DNA of 64,000 nt, taken from the NCBI GenBank assembly GCA_047967505.1, contig CM106538.1. One strand, 5' to 3'. The notes beneath the pieces are model-generated. The model did not search any database. It saw only the letters and a program-made list of their open reading frames with translations, and was not told the origin of the DNA. Source of the stretch: Dipteris shenzhenensis (taxonomy: Eukaryota). Made by a program: the position numbers and the translations under genes. Below, one piece after another: positions 12,420 through 23,500 of this stretch; the first letter of the stretch is position 1; each line of letters starts with the position of its first letter.

Positions 12420-15400
12420 TACACTATGCTACAAAGATGTGAAGAATGAAAAGTATGCTTGCATTGAAAGAGTTGTTGTCAACCCCTTTGTACGAACATA
12501 ACAACGTTCGTATAAATGACCTTTGGGAGCAACATGTACAAAATCATACAAGCGACAGACAAGCACATGAAAAAAAAGAACAACACTTTGATGAAACAAT
12601 GGAGGAACAATTCCTCATGGATACTTTACTTCATGGCATTTACACAAGTCAACAAGCTGTTGACTTTGAAGGACAAACTATTGAAAATTCACCCTCTAAA
12701 GGATTTTCACCATTAAGCATTTAAGATAAATTTTGTGAAGAACTATCGTTTCCTAATCTTTTCTTTGGAAACCCACGAAAGTACAACATTCGAAGCATAT
12801 TTCCTATCAAGACATCGCAAGGTGGGAGTTGACAAATGCAGACCGCCGCTTTGCTTTAAGTATAGAGAACCTCATCTTCAAAACAATGAAAATTTTGGTA
12901 AGGCAAGTTTTATCATCATCTCGGGTTCAAATGCAAAAAGCCCAAACAAAAGGAATAGCACTTCAAGCAAAGGACGTCCTCTTACATACAAACATTAAGA
13001 AAAGACTTCAAAAAATACTTCATTCAAACATAGGATAACGGGACTTCTCACACCTAAGAAAATTAGCTGACTATAAGCACTATCTCAAAAGAAACCTTTT
13101 CTCAATGTTGAGGTAACTAGGTCCCCCAACCTCTTTGTCACACTATCCCGCAGCTGAAAGATGATGGAAACCATTGATCAAAGCAATTCACAAATTAAGT
13201 GGAGACACGACGAAGGAGTACCCAAACACACAAGAAGAAATACGTCATTTGCTTCAATCTGATCTCATCACTATAGCTCAATGTTATGTGCACAAATTCC
13301 AAGTGCTTAAAAATTTGGTGAGGAAAGATAAAAATATTCTTGGAAAAATAAACAATTTCTACTTCGTAATAGAATTCCAAAATAGAGGAATTCAACATGA
13401 TCATGGCCTTCTATGGATTGAGAACGCACCCACCATTGGAATATCTTCGAATCATGACATTGAAGCTTTTGTTAACAAATGCATTTCAAAAGACATATCG
13501 ACTTTCCCATGTGATCAAAGAGACATTCAAGTGCACAAACATTGTAAAACATGCTTTAAAAAAAAGAATAAATATCGATTTAGTTATCCTCGGCCACCCA
13601 TGTCTTGCACAAAAGTCTTGGTTCCATTACAACGTGAGTTAAGATCAACTACTCTTAAAAACAAAATTAATTCGATTAATTCAACTTTGCTAAAAGAAGA
13701 GACACGACCATTAGACTATAATGCATACTTGGCCTCTTTAAATATGACAGAAGAAGAGTACATGTTTGCTCTATAATCATCTATTTCACAACCAACACTG
13801 TTCTTGAAAAGACAACCCAAAGAAATTTACACTAACAACTTCAATCCTAATTTGTCAAGGTTATGGGGTGCAAACACTGACATCTAATTCATACTTAATC
13901 CTCATGGTGCAGCTGCTTATTGCACATCTTACATGACAAAAGTAGACAAAGAAACAACTCTTGCAGTTAAAGAAGCCCTATCACAAAGCATAAACTCTAC
14001 GCACCACCTATCGAATGAATTAGGGACAACAATCTATTCAGTGCTACATCTTCCACTAATGGCATCTCACCACATGAGTCTTTCACCAGAAAAATTGCAA
14101 GAACTATCACAATTCTATCAAGATCTTGAACTTGTTGTCTTTGACGAGGTGTCCTTGATTGGACATAGCACATTGGTTGCAGCAGATATGCGCCTAAGAG
14201 AAATCAAGCACAACCACCTTCAACCATTTGGAGGGCTTGATGTTTTATTATGTGGGGACTTCTACCAAGCTAGCCCCACAAAAGATGCATGGATCTTCAT
14301 CGACCAATCAACACAAACATCAATGCAAACATCGTTTTGAAAAGCTAATGTCTTGCAATATGAGATCACAACTCCAATGCGTCAAATGAACACCAAATTC
14401 ATAGAAATACTAAATAGAATACGAACAAGAAAGCATACACTAGAAGGCATCTCCTACATTAACAACAACTATCTAAGACAACCATTGCTGCACAAACAAA
14501 AGATTCTGCACCTATTCTACACTAATGCATCAAAAGATATTCATAACAAGGAAGTGTTTCATTTGCTCGAATATAGTCCTCATATTCTAGAAGCTACAGA
14601 CAAGAGACACAAGACATGCAGCAAGACCATAACAATCCCTTTGAACCCAAGCCAAACAGCCGATTTGCACAAAACTCTACATTTGAAACTAGGAATGATA
14701 GTTAAAATATGTTCAGGAAATCTCGACATTGCAGATGGCTTGGTAAATGGAGTAGAGGGAATATTCAAAGATTCAAAAATAACAAATGAACAATAACATG
14801 TTTGGATATTATTCAACAACACCAAAATAGGTAAAGAAGCTCGCATTAGAAACTCGTCCCTTTATAACATTGGCATTCCAAAGATGTGGATGCCTATACA
14901 TCAAATCACAAAGGAGCTCCAAATAGGTAAAAACAACTTAAATAAAATTTCTCGAAGGCAATCCCCCATACAAGCAACTGCTGCTAGAACAATCCACCGT
15001 TCACAAGGACTATCCATGGATTACCTTGCATTTGACCCATCCCTCATTAAAACACATGGTCTAGCATACACAGCACTATCACATCTACGAAACCCAGAGA
15101 ACCTTTAAAACTCATCGAACCATTGGAACCTAAGCAGTAGATACCAACGTCTTAAAAGAAATGCACCGCCTCAAATCTGATAGACAATGGATTCTCCAAC
15201 AGCAAAGCTTCTCATCATTACAAAACAACCACATCACAATGCAATCTCTAAATACACGTGCATTCTGCTCTCATTTCATAGACATAATGAATGACAAAAT
15301 CCTCCTAACAACCACAATCTTGTGCCTCCAAGAGTTACATATCAACACATCAACACAAATATCCTTACCAAGATTCACATGCTTGCAAAAGACAAACAGT

Positions 15401-15857
15401 GTGGGTATAGCAATATGTTACACAAGGAAGACATGCAATTGCTTCAACAACATTACATTGAAGACAAAGCATCATAATACTTACTACCTTCCAAACAAAG
15501 AACTCTACACCTATTGCCGTCATAAATGCATACAACTCTCTGTTGTCAACAATTACAACACTACTTGCATCGCTTGAAAAACTTCTTCAAAACATTGAAA
15601 ATGATTTACCAACAACCAACAACCAACAACCAACAACAATCGTCGGAGATTTCAACATTAACTTCAACCAACCAACCAACAATAACAAAAAACTGACAAC
15701 TTTCATGAAACACAAAAAATTCTCACAATTGATTCTTCAACCCCGACTACAGTTCATGGATCAACTATTGACCACATATGGACAAACACAAAAAATAAAC
15801 ACAAATTATATGGTACAAACTTTATTTACTTGTCAGACCACTCTCTCCTTTACATAA
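12420..15857 (+). mobile_element. Degenerate Helitron-family Rep/PIF1-helicase/APE-endonuclease coding region (Helentron-like)
   Basis: N-terminal ALKELLSTPLY, EELSFPNLFFG, NLFSMLR*LGPPT. Rep HUH motif VIEFQNRGIQHDHGLLW and tyrosine motif AAYCTSYMTK. Helicase motifs TIYS, VVFDEVSLIG, PFGGLDVLLCGDFYQ, MRQ, NLDIADGLVNG, ARTIHRSQG, LAYTALS. Endonuclease motifs SLNTRA, LCLQELH, IVGDFNINF, GSTIDHIWTN, YLSDHS. Many stops and frameshifts. Confidence 0.92.
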
Positions 15858-15883
15858 ACATTAATTTCTCTTACAAAATTAAA

Positions 15884-15965
15884 AAACTCCAATTGGATAA
15901 TAGTGAGGATTCAGGTCCAATTTGGAGTTAGAGCCATGACGGAAAGGCTGCCTAGGGCAACCTAG
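15884..15965 (+). other. Putative rolling-circle transposon 3' terminus: inverted repeat, hairpin and CTAG
   Basis: aactccaattgga (15885-15897) pairs with tccaatttggagtt (15916-15929). Hairpin aggctgcc-tag-ggcaacct (15945-15963) overlaps CTAG at 15962-15965, which is followed by TTT. Confidence 0.55.
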
Positions 15966-16074
15966 TTTATTCCTTGAAATTAAGGGCAACATACAGACTC
16001 ATATACTACTCTTTTGTAAGTGACTCTTGCTGAATGGTCTTGTTACATCTCTTGGTTTTCCTTGTTGCCACTTG

Positions 16075-17031
16075 TTATTTCTTAGCTCTAAGATCAATCC
16101 ACTCTCTGAGATCAGCGAGGACTTGGCTGATGTTCTCATCGGTCTCACCCTGAATAAGCGAGTGATACATGCCGTCGTAGAGCTTGATGGTCTTATCTGT
16201 GCTCTGAGCTTTGTCGTAAACAAGCTGGCTGCCCTCTACAGCAGCCAGATCATCTGAAGTTCCATGCAGGAGAAGCAACGGGATCTCTACCTCCTGGCAT
16301 CTCTTCTGAATTGTATCACACATTCGGCTTAGCTGCCTCATCGTTCCCACCCTTGGTCGCCCTCTGTATCGCCGCGGATTGCTGCCTATCACCTTGGCTT
16401 TCGCTGGATCCTTCACAGCTCGCTTCACCATGTTGCTGTCCGGCATCACTGCCCATGACTCCGCCAGTCCCCCCAGCAATCCATACGCCGTCAAATGCAG
16501 CCTCGATGGCTTCATCGGCCCCGGAATCTCAAAGAGTGGCGCAGAAAACATCGCTCCGTCCCAGCCTTTCGGGTCCTGCAGTACCATCAGTAGCGTTGCT
16601 CCCCCTCCCATCGACTCGCCGAACAAGTATTTGGAGAGGCCTTCGTACTCCGGACGATCGCGTACAGACTTGTAGAAGAAGAGCACTGCTGCAGCTAGCT
16701 TCTCGGCGTCTTCTACATAGCCGTGGATGCCATCCGACCGGCCGTGGCCTAGCAAATCGCATGCGAAGGCACCGTATCCCCATTGCGCAAACGCTATAGG
16801 GATCGTCTGAAACATCCAGTTGGAGTCGCTGCCGTATCCGTGCGTGCAGCAAACGATCCCATTGAGTTGATCTCCGTTTGCTGGCAGCCAGGATTGAGTG
16901 AAGAGTGTCCCATGCGGCGTCCTGAAGTACTCTTTCTTGTTCACAACGCCTTGTGAGGCGTAGTATTCATCTTTCGGCATGGCGCCCCAGAAGTTGGGGG
17001 GTACGCCAGGTGCATCTTTAGCGGCGGCCAT
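16075..17031 (-). CDS. CSE: Caffeoyl shikimate esterase (alpha/beta hydrolase, lysophospholipase-2/MAGL family), 318 aa, intronless
   Basis: Intact GC-rich ORF with the characteristic PPNFWG.MP..EYYASQGV N-terminus, HGYGSD, DLLGHGRSDG, nucleophile GESMGG, HGTSD and GMYHSLIQGE, as in angiosperm CSE (recognised from memory). Confidence 0.93.
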   Translation of the reverse strand: MAAAKDAPGVPPNFWGAMPKDEYYASQGVVNKKEYFRTPHGTLFTQSWLPANGDQLNGIVCCTHGYGSDSNWMFQTIPIAFAQWGYGAFACDLLGHGRSDGIHGYVEDAEKLAAAVLFFYKSVRDRPEYEGLSKYLFGESMGGGATLLMVLQDPKGWDGAMFSAPLFEIPGPMKPSRLHLTAYGLLGGLAESWAVMPDSNMVKRAVKDPAKAKVIGSNPRRYRGRPRVGTMRQLSRMCDTIQKRCQEVEIPLLLLHGTSDDLAAVEGSQLVYDKAQSTDKTIKLYDGMYHSLIQGETDENISQVLADLREWIDLRAKK

Positions 17032-17534
17032 CGTCTCTCCGTCTTTCCCTCTCTCTCTCTCTCTCTCTTTCTCCCCCGCCTGCCAAGATTCAAGCAGATG
17101 CTATGTGCAGGAAAGGGAGCTGTAACCATAACCTCCCCCACCCCCGGTCTTTGTGAACGATGGAAGACCAATCCTTCGCTTCTGCCCCCGAATTGCTAGG
17201 CGCAGAGCGAGCTCCTGTCATCTAAAAACGCTCTCTCTGTCTCTCTCCCTGCCTGTAAAAGGCAAGATACCTCTGCCTTCCTCCCCATTGCTCTCTGCAA
17301 ATGGAGCAATCGCTGATCCTCTTGCACACTCTCTCGGGTCTTCTTCTGTAATAGAGGAAGGTAGAGACAATGTCCCGGTGCCAGATGTGATGTGCAAAGC
17401 ACCAGCTCTGGGAGATTGTCTGTACCTTCCTCTATTACTGGTGCCAGATGCGATGTGCAAAGCGAGCTACCCGACGGAAAGTTCATCTCAACGACCACCA
17501 GCTCTAGCAAGGCGATGGTTCATTGGTTGTGACG

Positions 17535-17795
17535 AGTTGGTGCGAAAACGTGAGTCGTTAATTGAAAGTTAGGGCACCCGCTAATGCCACCAAGTCATGA
17601 ATATCTGCGAGTTGGTGGTGTGGATTAGCACTACGTTGAGACTATGGGTTTTTCTTTTGAGTGAGGCATGAGTGTGGTTGCTTTGAGGTTGGTGGAGGTA
17701 CTATGTGAGGTGTGGATGAGGCCTATGCTTACTTCGTGTCCACTAGAAACATAAAACTTCTTTGTGAACACTAGTGTGGTTGCCTTGAGGTTGGT
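17535..17795 (-). promoter_or_regulatory. Four AC-element/SMRE-like MYB sites upstream of CSE
   Basis: On the CSE strand: ACCAACT at 17535-17541 and 17610-17616, ACCAACC at 17687-17693 and 17789-17795, 0.5-0.77 kb upstream of the ATG. Motif match only. Confidence 0.5.
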
Positions 17796-17925
17796 GGAGG
17801 TACTATGTGAGGTGTGGATGAGGCCTATGCTTACCTCGTGTCCACTAGTGTTCACAAAGAAGTTTTATGTTTCTAGAGGTTTTACCTACAACAAGTTTTA
17901 TGTTTCTAGAGGTTTTACCTACAAC
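17671..17925. repeat. Complex local repeat: direct duplication, 34 bp inverted segment and 33 bp tandem pair
   Basis: A ~75 bp unit occurs at 17671-17746 and 17773-17848. 17743-17776 is the exact reverse complement of 17843-17876. aagttttatgtttctagaggttttacctacaac occurs twice (17860-17925). Confidence 0.9.
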
Positions 17926-20515
17926 TTTTGAAGTTTAAGGCCAAAATATAAACAAGAAATCACAATTGGGCGAGGACACTGCCTTCTAGATAGTGGTAAT
18001 ACAAGTGCTTTTTGGATGTAAACGGGAAAGCAAATGCTTTTTTAAGAGCGTTGGGCTATTAAAAGGTAATTTTTATACGATGATCTACACAAATGGTAAT
18101 TTGAAATGTACAACTCAATTAAGGACTTAAAAAAATAGGCCTTAAATGCAAGTGAGTGACATGTCTCTCATCTTAGGGATATGCTACCCACTCAACTATC
18201 ATGGACCAACCACTTTATCACCAACTACTTTAAGCATTCTTCACACCACCTTGTTGGACCCTCCTCCTCATTAGTGCACTTGCTCCTTTGGGGTTCCTTT
18301 TTGTGACTTCACTTAATAATAAAGGAATGTTATCCTAGTGTTTTGCTTTCAAATGTAACTAAAATGACATCTAGACATTTATGTAGAAGTGTAACCTTTA
18401 GGTAAATAAATCATCGATGTGTGTGTGTGTGTGTGCGCGTGCATTATGTGTACACACACATTGGCACGTGTGCACACACATACACATTATATCATCCTAT
18501 TTTTGGGCTTTTTCCAATTTTTAGAACTCTAAAAAAAGGGCAAGAAAATCCTCTTAAAACAAATGGGACTTACCTTATAAGGAATGGTTTGCCCAAAGTC
18601 AAGATGGAGTCATTAACGTGGTAAACATGATATCATTTGGGTGGCCAAGTGATGATGTTGACATCACTTGTTGGAGCTCCAAATGTATGATGTCATTATT
18701 TGGTTGGTCATCATTAGCAATGACATTAGCACTTGGGTGGCTCTTCTCATTCAAAAGATCAGGCCTTATATGCTCCTTGACTTTGCAACTTGGAGCAGTC
18801 ATGCCATGCTCCAAACTTGCGAATTTGAGGAAATTGCTTCAAAAAAGGTTGCGAACTGAAGGCCAGGTATTGCCCCTCCCTAAAAGGAGGGGTACCATCT
18901 TGAAGCAAGTCCGATCATCATCTCCACTAATAGATTTTCATTTGCATAGCCAAAGAACGTAAATGCACACAATTGTGAGATTCCTCCTCCAACCAAATTT
19001 ACTAGTTCTCTCGAAACAACCTTGGACATGTGATCATGATACCCACAAAGACTTACACAAACCATGGGCATGGCGTGACTCCTTTCTAAGGAGGGTATGT
19101 TAGACACATAAGTTTTAAGATCTTATTAGGCCCGGTTGGTTTCTTTACCTTTTGAAGATTTTCTGAGCCTTTACTTAAGGTTTACTAGCTCTTTGCAGGC
19201 CCTAGATTGTTGGCAACTCCTGCTTTTTGAGCCTTTGGCTTGTATTTAATAGTTTGATCCTTTGTTGGTCATTGCCTCTACTATGGATATCGCTTAGGAT
19301 TTTTCATAGGTCTTCAAATCCTTTTGTAGGCTTCGATTGAGCAACATGTCATTGTTTAATCTATTGAGGCCTCCTTTGCTTGCTAAGCATTGATTTGCAA
19401 ACTTAGCTTGTTGTCTTGTAGCTGTTGCCCAGGCTGTTTGTAAAACTACACCGCCTGCTAAGTGAGCCATTGCGATACAATGTTGTCATACTAACATTTA
19501 CCTGGAGGTGCTCAAAGGCATGCAAGATCTTGTCTATGCTCAAGCTTTGTTTTTTCTTTTAAAAAGACTCTTAAAGACTTCCCATGCACTACTGCTCGCT
19601 AATCACATAGAGCAACTTGAATCCAAGAGCTTCTAGTTTTAGAAACTTTGTGTACAGCTATTGCCCAACCTTTGTTAGCCTGTCAAAGCATGTTGCCAAT
19701 GCTTTATTCTAGTTGAACAATAGTTCAATGCGATTGAACATAAGTTCCTTTTGAGATTGGACAAGAATTTGAGAGTTCACATGTCGATACCTAGCACATT
19801 GTTTCCTTCTTTCTCCAAGTGTTTCAACAATGATAATTAGTAGATCGTATGTGTAGGATGGTATAAAGTAAGAAAAGCCTAGGGCCACTAAACACCTATG
19901 TGCCCCTCGAACACACATGCTATATAGGTTTTTCACATAGTAAATATACCACGTTGTAATGAGGACGTGCTACTTTACTTAACTTGTAACTTTATGGATG
20001 TAAAAATAGTTTTTGTTATCAATTGGAGCCATGCACTTAAAAAAAAAGAACCATCATATTTTTAGCACTATCTCCATAGGAGCGAGTGCTTTAGTGGACA
20101 ATTGGAAATTTCCATGTGTGAGTTCCAACACCCGGGTAGAAAAACGTTGAAACTGACACAGTGAGTCAGAAATCCAACGAAATGATCCGAAATTCAAGAA
20201 TGAAGGTGTTTCCAAGCTCTTGAAGTGAAATGGACACCAAAAGTAGGCAATGGTTGCCTCTACAAGTCAATACAGAGTCTCTATCAGCTTTGGAACAGGG
20301 AAAAGCTTAAAAAACGACTTTTTCTTTGAAAACACTTAACAGGATCTCGAAACCACTTCGCAAAACCAAAGTGACTTTTCCAAAGGTTCTTTCAAGGTCT
20401 CTGCACACTCAGATGCAAGTAAAGTCACCCACAAAGCTTTCCACGGAGCTTGTCCTTCCTCCCACAAAGCTGCTGAGCTTCTAGGCATTCACACACGCTT
20501 AGCTAGATCACTCGG

Positions 20516-20527
20516 GCTCTAATACCA
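20516..20527 (-). other. Second tRNA-Met-type primer-binding site directly after the 3' LTR
   Basis: gctctaatacca is identical to the variant PBS at 26597-26608, and the flank is similar (tagatcactcgg vs tagatcaactcg). Confidence 0.85.
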
Positions 20528-20529
20528 GT

Positions 20530-23500
20530 TGAGAGTGCTCTCAATGGAAGCAGAGAGCCACACAAGTTTTTGGTGGGTGCAGAACACCCTAATCTTCTTT
20601 TTCATTCAGTTATATATGTGTTTGAGTATTGTACATAATCGGGGTAAAGGCACAGTGACCTTTAACCCCTGTAGATTCTAGAGTTCTCCCTGAAGCCTCC
20701 TTGTTGAACTCTTACCTTCCGTTCCTTCTCTTTTCGTGGAGCTTCCCTCTAGAATCTCCCCTGAACCCAGTGCTTGCCACTTGGAGCCCAATTGAGTGCC
20801 ACATGTCCATTATTGCCCTTTAGGCCTTAATATTGCATGCAAGCACTGTCGAGCCCTTTGGTTTCCCGCTTCACTGTAACCACACCAAACAATGTCGGGA
20901 TTATATCTGACGTAACATTTCCTTCCCCTTAAGAATGATTTACGTCCTTGAAAATAAAATTGGGAAACCTCCTCTGGAGACTACTTACCCTTTCCCATGT
21001 TAAACTCTCTTCAGATCTATCTTTCCACTTAACCAAACATTCTTGCCATATAGTATGTCGCGTTCTTTTTTCTTGTCTATCTCAAATTCTTTCTGGTTCA
21101 TGTGGTAAAGATGCAGGTTCAATGAGTTCAACTAGGACTTCATTTCCAATGAGATTATCATCATCTCCTAATTTTCTTTTTAGCCTACTAACATGAAAAA
21201 CTCGATGTACTCTACATCCCTCAGGTAAGGCTAATTTGTAAGCAAGTTCTCCTATCCTCTTAAGTATTGTGAATGTTCGACAATACCTAGGAGACAACTT
21301 TGGACATTTACCTATCTTTAGAGATTCTGAAGATTCAGGTACCGTAAGGTAGACTTTCTCATTTACTTCAAACTCCAACTTTCTATGGTGGGGGTTTGCA
21401 TAACTTCATGCTATATCTTGAGCTCTTCTTATGCTATCTTTAGCTAACTTAAGCGTTTGATTCATATCCTCAAGAAAGTCTTTGGCCGCTTGAACCTTCT
21501 CTTTTCGAGTCCCACTGTCATTGGGGCTCTTGGTTGAAATTTATACATCATCATGAATGGACTAAAACCTGTAGCTGAATGTTTGGCATTGTTATATGCA
21601 AATTCTAATATGGGCAAATACTGTTTCCAATTAGTTTGCCGTTTACTTACATATGCTCGAAGCATATCCTCAATGATCTGATTGACCCTTTCAGTTTGTT
21701 GACCATCACTTTGTGGATGATCCATAGTGCTCATATTCAATGAAGTTTCCAACCTCTTGAACACAGCCCTTCAAAAATGGTTGTTAAATTTGCTATCCCA
21801 ATCACTAACAATACCGGCGGCTGGTAGCCCATACAGTCTATAGATATGCTCCACAAATAGCCTGGCTAATTCTAGAGTTCTAATATCTTCACTAGCAGGA
21901 ATAAAATGAGCCATCTTGGTCAACCGATCCACAATTACCCACACAGAGTTGTGTCCCCTCTATGTCCTAGGTAATCCCACAATAAAGTCCATGGAGATGG
22001 TTTCCCATTTGCCAGATGGAATCTCCAATGGGTGTAGGAGACCTCCTACCTTAAGGTGTTTAGCCTTATTGACGTGGCATTTTTGGCACTCCAAAACATA
22101 ATCTTGGGCGTCCTTACCTATTCTAGGCCAAAAGAATTGTCTTTTCAGAAGCACATATGTCTTCTAAATTCTCGGGTGTCCAGCACTCAGACTATCATGA
22201 CATTCAAAAAGAATTTGGCACCTAATGTCAGTATTATCCGGGACACATACTCTACCCTTGTAGAGCAGGTAGCCATCTTCAATAGTATATTTTTTCCACT
22301 TGAGTCCTTTATCACCAACTTGTGGTGTGTCACCATTTCCATGCGACTCCTCAGTGAAAACCTCTCGATTAGCTGGATCTGCTTTCCATGTTTCAGAGAA
22401 GTTAGGATCATGATCACATTTCCCCTTTAAGGACTCCAGGAAATCATTCTGAAATTGAGTAAAACTCAATTCATTAACAATTGGCATTCGGCTAAGAGAG
22501 TCTACTACCACATTGAAATTCCCTTTCCTATATGTCAATTGTATATCAAACTCTTGCATTAACTCAGCCCATCTAGCTTTTCTACCTTTAAGCTCTAGTT
22601 AATTACAAATCCAGTTAATGCTCTCTTGATCAAAGATGATCTCAAATTTTGCACCATATAAATAGTGCCTCCACTTTTTTAAAGCATAGACTATAGCATA
22701 TAGCTCCTTCTCATATGCCGAGTAATTCCATGGGCACGATCTAACTTTTTGCTTTCAAAAGCCATTGGTCAACCTTTTTCTATAAGTACCGCCCCAACTC
22801 AAAATCACTAGCATCTGTCTCAACCACAAATGGTTCATTGGGATCCACTACTTTTAAGACAAGAGCTGCTGCTATAGCTACCTTTAATTTTTCAAAACTT
22901 CTCTTTTGAGGTTCATCCCATATGAAGGTGCTTCCCTTCCCCTTAAGCTGGTGTGTCATCGGAACAACAATCCTAGCATAATCTTGGATGAATCTCCTAT
23001 AGAATCCTGACAAACCTAAGAATATCTATAATTCTTCTAGATTTGTAGGATGTGGCCATTCCAATATGGCCCTTACTTTGTCAGGATCCATACATACCCC
23101 TTCTTGGGATATTATGTGTCCCAAGTATTTCACTTCTTTTGCAAAGAATTCACATTTGGATTCTTTAGCAAAGAGTGATTTATCCCTAAGCAGTTGGAAC
23201 ACTTTTCGTAAATGTTCCAAATGCTTTTTTTTGGTTTTACTATAAATAAGGATATTGTCTAAAAATACTACAACAAATTTTCCTAGATATGGCCTTAAGA
23301 CACTATTCATAAGTGTCATGAAATTTGCTTATCCAAATGGCACTACTTAAAATTGATAATGCCCATACCTAGTACGAAATGATGTCTTAGGGCATCCTCT
23401 TCCCTAATTCATACTTGGTGATATCCTGATCTTAAATCAATTTTAGTAAAGTATTTTGCCCCTTGCAATTGATCAAAGAGCTCATCAATACGAGGCATAG

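Noticed and set aside
18599-19950. Fragmentary minus-strand ORFs
   Set aside because: Possibly decayed TE coding sequence, but I could not recognise any motif.
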